Below, one piece after another: positions 15,013 through 22,341 of a DNA stretch of 22,341 bases (positions are counted from its first letter, which is position 1; each line of letters begins with the position of its first letter). Origin of the DNA: an uncultured Anaerolineales bacterium. Lineage in GTDB: Bacteria > Chloroflexota > Anaerolineae > Anaerolineales > Villigracilaceae. The stretch is from NCBI GenBank assembly GCA_903829085.1, contig CAIKOL010000300.1, positions 1 to 22,341 of the forward strand. Reading direction: 5' to 3'. Position numbers and translations under genes: made by a program. The notes under the pieces were generated by a model, which had not been told where the DNA came from, did not search any database, and worked only from the letters and a program-made list of their open reading frames with translations.

Positions 15013-16383
15013 CTACTTCACCAGCCGGGCGTCGTCGTAGCCATGCAGTTTCAATTCGGCATCAATATTCAGGAAGGTATCACGCACGACACCCACCACG
15101 ATCAGCAGACCAGCCGACGAAACCAGGAAGATGGAGGTGGAAGACAGGGCCGCGCCTATTCCAACCGCTTTCAGAAGCAGGTTGATCAGATATCCCAGAA
15201 CCGCCACAAAACCCAGGAATAATGCGCCCGGAAGCGTGATCCGGCGCTGGACCTTGGTCAGGTATTTCTGCGTCGGAGCGCCCCGGTTGATGCCAGGAAT
15301 CTGGGCGCCCACTTTCTTCAGGTTCTCGCCATAATTTTGCTGGGAGAACATCACGTCAGTATAGAAGAAGGTGAAGACCACCACCATCAGAAAGTACAGG
15401 AGTTGGTACACCCAGGAGGTGGGACTGAAAGTTCTCTGAGTACCGGTTGCAAAATTCGCCAGCCAGGCGGTCGTCGAACTGGTGAAATAGCTTGAAATGA
15501 TCGCCGGGAACTGCAGGATGGCACTGGCGAAAATAAGCGGGATCATACCAGCCAGGTTCACCATCAACGGCAGGGTGCCTTTGACCGGCATGGACATGCG
15601 GTTGCCCACACGCCGACCTGGATACATGACCGGCACATTCCGGCGTCCTTGTTGGACATATACGATGGCGTAGATCACCGCCACCATCACGACCACCATG
15701 GAAATCACCAGGATCCAGCCATGCTGCTTATCCGCCAGGAGGGTTCCAAATTGAGACGGAATACGGGCAACGATACCCGCAAAAATGATCAGGGAGAGGC
15801 CCTGGCCGCGAATGCCATATTCAGAGATCAGCTCACCCAGCCAGATGGCAAACATCGTTCCACCGATCATGGTGACCAGGATCGTCAGCGAGGGAAGCCA
15901 GAGGGCCGCAGTGAACCCAAAGGGTACGATCGCCACTCCGGAAGTCTGGTTTGAATAAGAGTTGAAAATGTTGATCTGGCCCAGGGCGGAAAGTGCAGCC
16001 ATCGGTACGGCCAGGTAATAGGTCCACTTTTCCTGCCACTTGCGAGCCTCGCGCGGATCTTCTTCCATTTTTCGCTGGAGGGCGGGGAAGATGGGGGTCA
16101 GCAATTGCAGGATGATCTGCGCCGTGATGTACGGGTAGACGCCCATTGACAGCAATGAGAAATGCGAAACCGTGCCACCAGAGAGCAAGTCAAGAAAAGC
16201 AAAAAATGAGCCGGTACTACTCAAGTTCGACATCAACGACTTGAGAGCAGCTCCATTAATGCCCGGCACAGGAACATTGGCTGCCAACCGGAAAATGACC
16301 AGAACAACCAGGGTCACGATCAGCTTGCGACGGATATCCTGCGACTTCCAGAGGTAAGGCACACCCGAAAATGGGTTTTTCAT
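15013..16383 (-). CDS. secY: Preprotein translocase subunit SecY
   Basis: It is a 456-aa polytopic membrane protein in the position conserved between rplO and adk. ...LSMGVYPYITAQIILQLL... is a SecY signature. Confidence 0.96.
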   Translation of the reverse strand: MKNPFSGVPYLWKSQDIRRKLIVTLVVLVIFRLAANVPVPGINGAALKSLMSNLSSTGSFFAFLDLLSGGTVSHFSLLSMGVYPYITAQIILQLLTPIFPALQRKMEEDPREARKWQEKWTYYLAVPMAALSALGQINIFNSYSNQTSGVAIVPFGFTAALWLPSLTILVTMIGGTMFAIWLGELISEYGIRGQGLSLIIFAGIVARIPSQFGTLLADKQHGWILVISMVVVMVAVIYAIVYVQQGRRNVPVMYPGRRVGNRMSMPVKGTLPLMVNLAGMIPLIFASAILQFPAIISSYFTSSTTAWLANFATGTQRTFSPTSWVYQLLYFLMVVVFTFFYTDVMFSQQNYGENLKKVGAQIPGINRGAPTQKYLTKVQRRITLPGALFLGFVAVLGYLINLLLKAVGIGAALSSTSIFLVSSAGLLIVVGVVRDTFLNIDAELKLHGYDDARLVK

Positions 16384-16407
16384 AAAAGGGCTCCTCGTAA
16401 GAACGAG

Positions 16408-16857
16408 TTATCCAATCAGCTCCACCGTGCCACCGGCGGCTTCGATCTTTGCCCTGGCGCTCTTGGTCACACGATCGACGCGCACCTTCAGGGCATTCTT
16501 CAATTCACCCCGTCCCATCAGCGCAACCGGGTTGCGTGGGTCGCGGATCAGATGAGCCTGGTCCAGGGTCTCGGGGGTGATTTCGGCATTGGCATTGAAG
16601 GAGGATAACTGGTCAAGGTTGACCTCATTAAATTCAACCTCGGTCGGCGGGGTGAAACCCTTGCCACGTACGAACGGCAGACGGCGGAAGAATGGCAGGT
16701 TACCACCTTGCCGGTATAGTCGCCCACCCGTGCCGGAGCGGGAATTCTGGCCCTTGGTACCGCGGCCAGCCGTTTTTCCCTGCCCGGCAGAGATACCGCG
16801 GCCGACACGTTTGCGGTTCTTTTTGGCCACATTGGGTATAAGATCGTTCAGTTTCAT
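16408..16857 (-). CDS. rplO: 50S ribosomal protein L15
   Basis: MKLNDLIPNVAKKNRKRVGRGISAGQGKTAGRGTKGQ... is typical L15. Confidence 0.97.
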   Translation of the reverse strand: MKLNDLIPNVAKKNRKRVGRGISAGQGKTAGRGTKGQNSRSGTGGRLYRQGGNLPFFRRLPFVRGKGFTPPTEVEFNEVNLDQLSSFNANAEITPETLDQAHLIRDPRNPVALMGRGELKNALKVRVDRVTKSARAKIEAAGGTVELIG

Positions 16858-16865
16858 CTTCGTCC

Positions 16866-17060
16866 CTATTCTTCAACACGAATCAGGTGGATCACTTTGG
16901 TTAACATCCCGCGCAAGGCAGGTGTATCTTTGTGTTCCACAGTCTGGTTGAGATGACGCAGGCCCAAGGCCTGTAAAGTTGCCTTCTGCGGTATTGGAAA
17001 ACCAATCCCGCTGCGTACCAGTGTCACTTTAATCGTCTTGGCTTCGGTGTTCTTAGCCAT
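16866..17060 (-). CDS. rpmD: 50S ribosomal protein L30
   Basis: MAKNTEAKTIKVTLVRSGIGFPIPQKATLQALGLRHLNQTV... The start is ATG 17060, with GGAGAGGAG upstream. It overlaps the rpsE end by 8 nt. The longer track ORF (102 aa) is not L30-like at its N-terminus. Confidence 0.93.
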   Translation of the reverse strand: MAKNTEAKTIKVTLVRSGIGFPIPQKATLQALGLRHLNQTVEHKDTPALRGMLTKVIHLIRVEE

Positions 17061-17595
17061 GTGTCTTTCTCCTCTCCCAGTACGGCAGCAGTTCTTCAAT
17101 TGGCTTGCCGCGCCGGGCTGCCTCTTCCTTGGGTGACTTGAGATCTTCAAGCGCCTGGAGAGTTGCCTGGACAATGTTCAACACATTGGAAGAACCCAGC
17201 GATTTGGTCAGGATGTCATGCACACCCACTGCTTCAAGGACGGCACGCACACCACCACCCGCGATCACGCCCGTACCGGGAGAAGCCGGTTTGAGCAGGA
17301 TAATGGCGCCACCGACCTTGCCGGTCGTTTCGTGCGGGATGGTCGTCCCGGAAAGAAAGACCGGGTGCATATTCTTGCGGGCGCGATCGGTCGCTTTGCG
17401 CATGGCATCCGGAACGGCGTTCGCCTTTCCCACACCCATGCCCACTTTGCCGTGGTTATCGCCCATGATCAACGTCACGCGGAATTGGAACCGGCGACCG
17501 CCTTTGACCACTTTCGCCACACGGGCAATTTCAATGACGCGCTCGTCCAGTGATTCTGCTTGCTGTTCTGCTTCTTTTACCTGGTAATCCAACAT
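17053..17595 (-). CDS. rpsE: 30S ribosomal protein S5
   Basis: ...RVIEIARVAKVVKGGRRFQFRVTLIMGD... is typical S5. ATG 17595 has GGAG 6 nt upstream, and the track start at 17607 is a TTG inside that SD region. Confidence 0.95.
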   Translation of the reverse strand: MLDYQVKEAEQQAESLDERVIEIARVAKVVKGGRRFQFRVTLIMGDNHGKVGMGVGKANAVPDAMRKATDRARKNMHPVFLSGTTIPHETTGKVGGAIILLKPASPGTGVIAGGGVRAVLEAVGVHDILTKSLGSSNVLNIVQATLQALEDLKSPKEEAARRGKPIEELLPYWERRKTHG

Positions 17596-17614
17596 AGCGT
17601 TCTCCAATCAGGCC

Positions 17615-17980
17615 TTAGAATTCCAGGCCGCCTTCGCGGGCGCCATCGGCCAGAGCCTTCACCCGGCCGGTATATTTGAATCCGCCGCGGTCGAACACGA
17701 CCGCTTTCACACCCTTGCCCATCGCCCGTTCGGCGACCGCTTTACCGACCAACTTGGCCTGTTCAGATTTCTTCAGGCCTTTCATCTTGCCACGTATTTC
17801 TCCATCAATGGTCGAAGCAGATGCAATGGTATTGCCAAGGGCATCATCAATCACCTGGGCATAAATTTCAGAGAGACTGCGGAAGACACTCAAGCGGGGA
17901 CGCTGTGTGGTCCCCAGCACACTCTTGCGCACGCGCGCGTGCCGCCGGATGCGAGCTTCAGAACGAGATTTCTCAGCCAT
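17615..17980 (-). CDS. rplR: 50S ribosomal protein L18
   Basis: ...[37 protein letters not shown]... is typical L18. Confidence 0.97.
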   Translation of the reverse strand: MAEKSRSEARIRRHARVRKSVLGTTQRPRLSVFRSLSEIYAQVIDDALGNTIASASTIDGEIRGKMKGLKKSEQAKLVGKAVAERAMGKGVKAVVFDRGGFKYTGRVKALADGAREGGLEF

Positions 17981-17983
17981 AGG

Positions 17984-18532
17984 TTACTTTGCCGCCTTTC
18001 CGGCCTTGCCAGCCTTACGTCGGATCTTCTCGCCCTGATAATGCAGACCCTTGCCATGATACGGTTCAGGCGGGCGCACGCTGCGGACATTCGCCGCAAT
18101 CTGGCCGACCAATTCTTTATCAAAGCCACGCACATACACTAGGCGGGCTTTCGTTTCCACATCAAAGGAGATCCCTTCGGGAGGTTCCATCACCACCGGG
18201 TGCGAATAGCCCATATTCAGAACCAGGTTCTTGCCATTCATCTCGGCCCGATAGCCAACACCTTCGATTTCCAGGATACGTTCAAAACCAGCGCTGACGC
18301 CTTGCACCATATTCGCAAGGACTGCGCGCGTGGTTCCATGCAAAGCGCGTTCAGCGGGCAGGTCAGAATTGCGCGTAATGACAATTTGACCATTTTCCAT
18401 ACCAATACCGACCAATGGGGAGAATGTGCGCTTCAATTCGCCTTTGGGGCCTTTCACGCTCACACTCGAACCTTTCAGTTCGATCTGCACACCAGCCGGG
18501 ATAACAACAGGCATTCGTCCAACTCGAGACAC
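17984..18532 (-). CDS. rplF: 50S ribosomal protein L6
   Basis: (GTG start) SRVGRMPVVIPAGVQIELKGSSVSVKGPKGEL... is typical L6. GGAGG lies 8 nt upstream. Confidence 0.97.
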   Translation of the reverse strand: MSRVGRMPVVIPAGVQIELKGSSVSVKGPKGELKRTFSPLVGIGMENGQIVITRNSDLPAERALHGTTRAVLANMVQGVSAGFERILEIEGVGYRAEMNGKNLVLNMGYSHPVVMEPPEGISFDVETKARLVYVRGFDKELVGQIAANVRSVRPPEPYHGKGLHYQGEKIRRKAGKAGKAAK

Positions 18533-18549
18533 TTTATTTACCTCCTCTC

Positions 18550-18963
18550 TTACCAGACTTTGCAGAGGATCTCACCGCCCACACCCAACTGGCGAGCTCG
18601 CTGGCCAGTCATGATGCCTTTGGGGGTGGACAGGATGGCTACACCGATGCCCGAAAGAACCCAGGGAATTTCCTGTTTCTTGGTATAGATACGGCGACCA
18701 GGACGGCTTACGCGTTCCAGACCAGTGAGAACCGGTTTGCGCTCGCGGCGCTCCCCGATATACTTGATCTTCAGGCGCAGGACCTTCTGGCTGGGACGTT
18801 CGCCATCCGCGACTTCAAAGTTTTCCAGATAGCCTTCTTCTTTCAAGATCTTGGCGATTTCCACTTTGATCTTTGAAAGAGGCATAGCTGTCATGGCCTG
18901 ACCACTCATCACGGCATTGCGGATGCGGGTCAACATATCAGCGATCGGATCTGTCATGCTCAT
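18550..18963 (-). CDS. rpsH: 30S ribosomal protein S8
   Basis: [22 protein letters not shown]... is typical S8. Confidence 0.97.
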   Translation of the reverse strand: MSMTDPIADMLTRIRNAVMSGQAMTAMPLSKIKVEIAKILKEEGYLENFEVADGERPSQKVLRLKIKYIGERRERKPVLTGLERVSRPGRRIYTKKQEIPWVLSGIGVAILSTPKGIMTGQRARQLGVGGEILCKVW

Positions 18964-18980
18964 TTCCTACCTCCACCCGG

Positions 18981-19163
18981 CTACCATGATGACTTCATGA
19001 CGCCGGGGATTTTCCCTTCCAGCGCAAATTCGCGGAAACAAATCCGGCACAGGCCAAACCGGCGAATATATCCACGCGGGCGTCCGCAACGCGAGCAGCG
19101 ATTGCGTACTTGATTGGGATACTTGCGGCGGGCTTCACGATACTTCATGCAAGTGCTTGCCAT
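18981..19163 (-). CDS. rpsZ: 30S ribosomal protein S14, type Z (zinc-binding; rpsN/rpsZ)
   Basis: It is 60 aa and carries CSRCGRPRG...CRIC (CxxC...CxxC). It lies between rplE and rpsH. Confidence 0.95.
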   Translation of the reverse strand: MASTCMKYREARRKYPNQVRNRCSRCGRPRGYIRRFGLCRICFREFALEGKIPGVMKSSW

Positions 19164-19165
19164 AA

Positions 19166-19714
19166 TTACTCTTCCTTTTTGAACGGCATGCCCAGCAGCG
19201 ACAACATCAGCCGTGCATGGTCATCGGATTTGGCTGTGGTCACAATCGTGACCTCCATGCCTCTCATCTTGTCAATCTTGTCGTATTCGATCTCCGGGAA
19301 GATCAACTGGTCACGCAAGCCAAGGGTATAGTTGCCACGCCCGTCAAAGGCATCCGGAGAAACACCGCGGAAGTCGCGCACGCGTGGCAGGGCAGTGTTG
19401 ACCAACCGGTCCAGGAAGTCCCACATCTTGGCGCCGCGTAAAGTCACCTTGGAGCCGATGATGCGCCCCTCACGCAACTTAAAGTTGGCAATGCTCTTGC
19501 GTGCTTTGGTCATGATCGGTTTCTGACCGGTAATGGTCGTCAAATCGCCCATGGCGGCTTCAAGCATTTTCGGATTATCCATCGCCTCACCGCCCAGGCC
19601 GATATTGACCACGACCTTTTCGATGTGCGGGACCTGCATGACATTCTTGTACTGGAATGCCTTGGACAGGGCCGGAACAGCTTCTTTCAGGTATTTTTCT
19701 TGCATTCTATTCAT
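19166..19714 (-). CDS. rplE: 50S ribosomal protein L5
   Basis: [41 protein letters not shown]... is typical L5. Confidence 0.97.
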   Translation of the reverse strand: MNRMQEKYLKEAVPALSKAFQYKNVMQVPHIEKVVVNIGLGGEAMDNPKMLEAAMGDLTTITGQKPIMTKARKSIANFKLREGRIIGSKVTLRGAKMWDFLDRLVNTALPRVRDFRGVSPDAFDGRGNYTLGLRDQLIFPEIEYDKIDKMRGMEVTIVTTAKSDDHARLMLSLLGMPFKKEE

Positions 19715-19735
19715 AAATCATTGCTCCACCGGCGG

Positions 19736-20065
19736 CTAATCGATCAACGCCTGGCACTTCTTGCAAACACGGTGTGCGCCCTCATCATCGCGCTGGACAC
19801 CGACACGGGTCGGCTCGCTGCATTTCGGGCAGACCAGCATCACGTTCGAGATATCGAGCGGGGCCTCAAACTTGATGCGACCGGGGTTGATTGTGCGGCC
19901 CTGGGTCTGCACCTGGCGCTGATGCTTGGTGTGAACATTCACGCCCTGCACCACCAGCCTGTGCTCGTCCGGCAGAACCTTGATCACTTCGCCGCGCTTG
20001 CCCTGGTCTTCCATTTTTCCGCTGATAATTTCAACGGTATCACCTTTACGGATCTTGACTCTCAT
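19736..20065 (-). CDS. rplX: 50S ribosomal protein L24 (with C-terminal CxxC...CxxC ribbon)
   Basis: MRVKIRKGDTVEIISGKMEDQGKRGEV... is typical L24. ATG 20065 has GAGGAG upstream. The track ORF extension overlaps rplN and is not L24-like. Confidence 0.95.
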   Translation of the reverse strand: MRVKIRKGDTVEIISGKMEDQGKRGEVIKVLPDEHRLVVQGVNVHTKHQRQVQTQGRTINPGRIKFEAPLDISNVMLVCPKCSEPTRVGVQRDDEGAHRVCKKCQALID

Positions 20066-20084
20066 CGTTCGCTCCTCAACTGGC

Positions 20085-20456
20085 CTAGAGCACTTCCGGG
20101 GCCAGCGAAACAATCTTCATAAAGCCCTTTTCACGCAGTTCACGTGCCACCGGGCCGAAGATACGGCTGCCCTTCGGATTCTGACCGTCGGTATCCAGGA
20201 TGACGGCAGCGTTGTCGTCAAAACGGATATAGGAGCCATCCTCTCGGCGCCATTCCTTGGTACAACGTACGATCACGGCCTTGACGATCTCGGATTTCTT
20301 GATCGACCCATTCGGAGTCGCCAATTGGACCGCCCCGACCACGATATCTCCGATCCGACCATACCGACGGGTTGAACCACCCATCACATGGATGACCAGG
20401 ATCTCACGAGCGCCGGTATTATCAGCGATTTTTAGACGCGACTCGTGCTGGATCAT
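20085..20456 (-). CDS. rplN: 50S ribosomal protein L14
   Basis: [28 protein letters not shown]... is typical L14. Confidence 0.97.
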   Translation of the reverse strand: MIQHESRLKIADNTGAREILVIHVMGGSTRRYGRIGDIVVGAVQLATPNGSIKKSEIVKAVIVRCTKEWRREDGSYIRFDDNAAVILDTDGQNPKGSRIFGPVARELREKGFMKIVSLAPEVL

Positions 20457-20788
20457 GGCTGGGCCTCCACCGGAGACTCTGCCACTTCGGGAACTGCCAC
20501 TTCAGGGGCAGCAGTGACCTCCGCCACGCCTTTGTCAGCGGTGCGGGTTTCATGCTTAAGGATCGCCTCAACCGCCCAGCGCTTATCGCGTGAGAGCGGG
20601 CGGCATTCCACGATCTGCACCTGGTCGCCAATCTGGCAACCCAGCTCATCCTGAGCCTTAACACGCTTGCTCAAGTGCACCACCTTGCGGTAGAGCGGGT
20701 GCCGGTAGGTCCTACTGATCTCCACCACGACAGTCTTGGTCATTTTGTTACTGGTAACCACACCAGTGATCCGACGACGCTCATTCAT
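20453..20788 (-). CDS. rpsQ: 30S ribosomal protein S17 (with Pro/Glu/Val/Ala-rich C-terminal tail)
   Basis: ...[31 protein letters not shown]... is typical S17. Its stop overlaps the rplN start (ATGA). Confidence 0.96.
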   Translation of the reverse strand: MNERRRITGVVTSNKMTKTVVVEISRTYRHPLYRKVVHLSKRVKAQDELGCQIGDQVQIVECRPLSRDKRWAVEAILKHETRTADKGVAEVTAAPEVAVPEVAESPVEAQP

Positions 20789-20997
20789 GCTTCACCTTCC
20801 TGTACAGTCGCCCGGTTGCGTTCATTGGAAATGGTTTCCATGCGGGCAACATCACGACGTAGCTGGCGCAGGCGGCTGGTATCGGTCAATTGGCCGGTCA
20901 CCTGTTGGAAGCGGAGTTTCATAAGTTCCTCACGCATATCCGACAGTTTGACCTGCATCTCTTCCACCGACATCTTGCGAATCTCTTCGGTTTTCAT
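20785..20997 (-). CDS. rpmC: 50S ribosomal protein L29
   Basis: [31 protein letters not shown]... is typical L29. Confidence 0.96.
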   Translation of the reverse strand: MKTEEIRKMSVEEMQVKLSDMREELMKLRFQQVTGQLTDTSRLRQLRRDVARMETISNERNRATVQEGEA

Positions 20998-21425
20998 GCC
21001 TGCTCTCCTGCCGCTACATCACTACGGGCAATAATCTTGGTCTTGATGGCAAATTTATGCCTGGCCAGGCTCAGCGCCTCGCGGGCAGTAGCTTCATCCA
21101 GACCGCCGACTTCGAACATCACACGGCCCGGTTTGACCACCGCCACCCAGTATTCCACGCTGCCCTTGCCTTTACCCATGCGGGTTTCCGGCGGTTTCTG
21201 CGTATAGGGTTTATCCGGGAAGATGCGTATCCAAACTTTCCCACGGCGCTTCATGGCATGGACAAGCGTGCGGCGGGCAGCTTCGATCTGACGGGCGGTC
21301 ACCCACCCCGGTTCCAATGCCAGCAGGCCATATTCACCGAAGGAAATCTCGACACCGCGCGATTCCTTCCCTTTCATACGGCCGCGCATCTGCTTGCGGT
21401 ACTTAACACGTTTTGGCATTAACAT
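20994..21425 (-). CDS. rplP: 50S ribosomal protein L16
   Basis: [24 protein letters not shown]... is typical L16. Confidence 0.97.
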   Translation of the reverse strand: MLMPKRVKYRKQMRGRMKGKESRGVEISFGEYGLLALEPGWVTARQIEAARRTLVHAMKRRGKVWIRIFPDKPYTQKPPETRMGKGKGSVEYWVAVVKPGRVMFEVGGLDEATAREALSLARHKFAIKTKIIARSDVAAGEQA

Positions 21426-21455
21426 AAGATCAACCTCACTTCACAGACGCCTGTT

Positions 21456-22133
21456 CTACTCACTAACGTAGACGCCTTCGGTAGTCTCGACTTTTTCTTC
21501 AACTTCGGCTTTCATCTCGCCGTGATAGACCCAGACCTTGATGCCGATCCGGCCATAAGTCGTCGCTGCTTCGGCGCGGGCGAAATCAATATCCGCACGA
21601 AGAGTTTGCAGCGGAACCCGGCCATCGCGCAGCCAAACGGTGCGAGCCATTTCTGCACCCGCCAACCGGCCAGCGACCTCGATCTTGATCCCTTGAGCGC
21701 CCTGCCGCATCGCCTGCTGGATGGCACGTTTCATTGCACGGCGATAACTGATGCGGCGTTCCAGTTGATCTCCAATATTATGCGCCACCAGATAGGCATC
21801 ACAATCAGGAGCCTTGATCTCTTTGATATCCAGGTCCACTTTCTTGCCGGTCAACCCTTCGAGAGCCACGCGCACTTTCTTGATGCCCTCGCCCTTGCGA
21901 CCGATCAGGATGCCTGGTTTGGCAGTAAATACAGCCACTTTCAGTTTTCCAGGATAGCGTTCCACATCAATACGGGAAACGCCTGCCCGGCCTGACTCTC
22001 TGTAGAGCATATCGCGGATGGCGAAATCTTGCGACAACTGCTCACGGTATTGAGCCCCTTCTGCGAACCAGCGGCCACGCCAGTCCTGGTTGACATTCAG
22101 TCGAAAACCAATCGGATGAACTTTGCGACCCAT
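21456..22133 (-). CDS. rpsC: 30S ribosomal protein S3
   Basis: MGRKVHPIGFRLNVNQDWRGRWFA... is typical S3. ATG 22133 has GAAGGAGA upstream. The 19-codon extension in the track ORF is spurious. Confidence 0.96.
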   Translation of the reverse strand: MGRKVHPIGFRLNVNQDWRGRWFAEGAQYREQLSQDFAIRDMLYRESGRAGVSRIDVERYPGKLKVAVFTAKPGILIGRKGEGIKKVRVALEGLTGKKVDLDIKEIKAPDCDAYLVAHNIGDQLERRISYRRAMKRAIQQAMRQGAQGIKIEVAGRLAGAEMARTVWLRDGRVPLQTLRADIDFARAEAATTYGRIGIKVWVYHGEMKAEVEEKVETTEGVYVSE

Positions 22134-22161
22134 AAGATCTCCTTCGTCCTTTCTTTGCCGG

Positions 22162-22341
22162 TCAGGCAACCTCGCGTTCACGCAGGACAACTGTCACGTG
22201 CGATGAACGACGCAGGACCGGCTTGAAGCGACCGCGTGCTCCGAAACGGCGCCATTTTCGGGTGGGCGCTTCATCGGCAAAAATTTTAGCAACGAACAGG
22301 TCGTCGCGGCTGACACCGAAGTTCTCCTCGGCATTGGCAAC
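22162..22341 (-). CDS. rplV: 50S ribosomal protein L22, C-terminal 59 codons (5' end outside the window)
   Basis: Hand translation gives VANAEENFGVSRDDLFVAKIFADEAPTRKWRRFGARGRFKPVLRRSSHVTVVLREREVA*, with the stop at 22164..22162. Confidence 0.9.
   Translation of the reverse strand, partial: VANAEENFGVSRDDLFVAKIFADEAPTRKWRRFGARGRFKPVLRRSSHVTVVLREREVA

Noticed and set aside
20456-20551. A roughly 30-aa Pro/Glu/Val/Ala-rich C-terminal tail on S17.
   Set aside because: Low-complexity tails on r-proteins are common lineage-specific features. This is not a separate feature.

Overview
Minus-strand bacterial core-genome window. Positions 8.7-22.3 kb hold the distal S10, spc and alpha ribosomal-protein operons: rplV' (partial)-rpsC-rplP-rpmC-rpsQ-rplN-rplX-rplE-rpsZ-rpsH-rplF-rplR-rpsE-rpmD-rplO-secY-adk-map-rpmJ-rpsM-rpsK-rpsD-rpoA-rplQ-truA-rplM-rpsI. 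Downstream on the same strand come a methylase-MazG fusion gene, a low-GC vapBC-type toxin-antitoxin cassette with its own promoter and operator, two small plus-strand membrane-protein genes, and an nrdR-nrdJ operon. The main point is that positions 1-4297 look empty in the ORF track but are one continuous minus-strand reading frame. I translated it by hand: 1,432 codons run off the window edge, which explains why no stop-delimited ORF was reported. It encodes a class II (B12-dependent) ribonucleotide reductase interrupted by two LAGLIDADG-containing inteins. Intein 1 (448 aa) is canonical (Cys1 ... His-Asn/Thr). Intein 2 (362 aa) sits immediately before the Cys of the NPCGEQ finger-loop motif and ends in Lys-Gly rather than His-Asn, so it lacks the Asn normally required for splicing. 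Other observations are tandem NrdR boxes spaced 31 bp centre to centre, a structured truA-rplM leader, several intrinsic terminators, and the absence of infA between map and rpmJ. I saw no tRNA, rRNA, CRISPR array or transposase. Gene order and Zn-ribbon r-protein variants suggest a Terrabacteria-type organism, possibly Chloroflexota, but that guess is low confidence. All translations and coordinates were worked out by hand and no database search was run.
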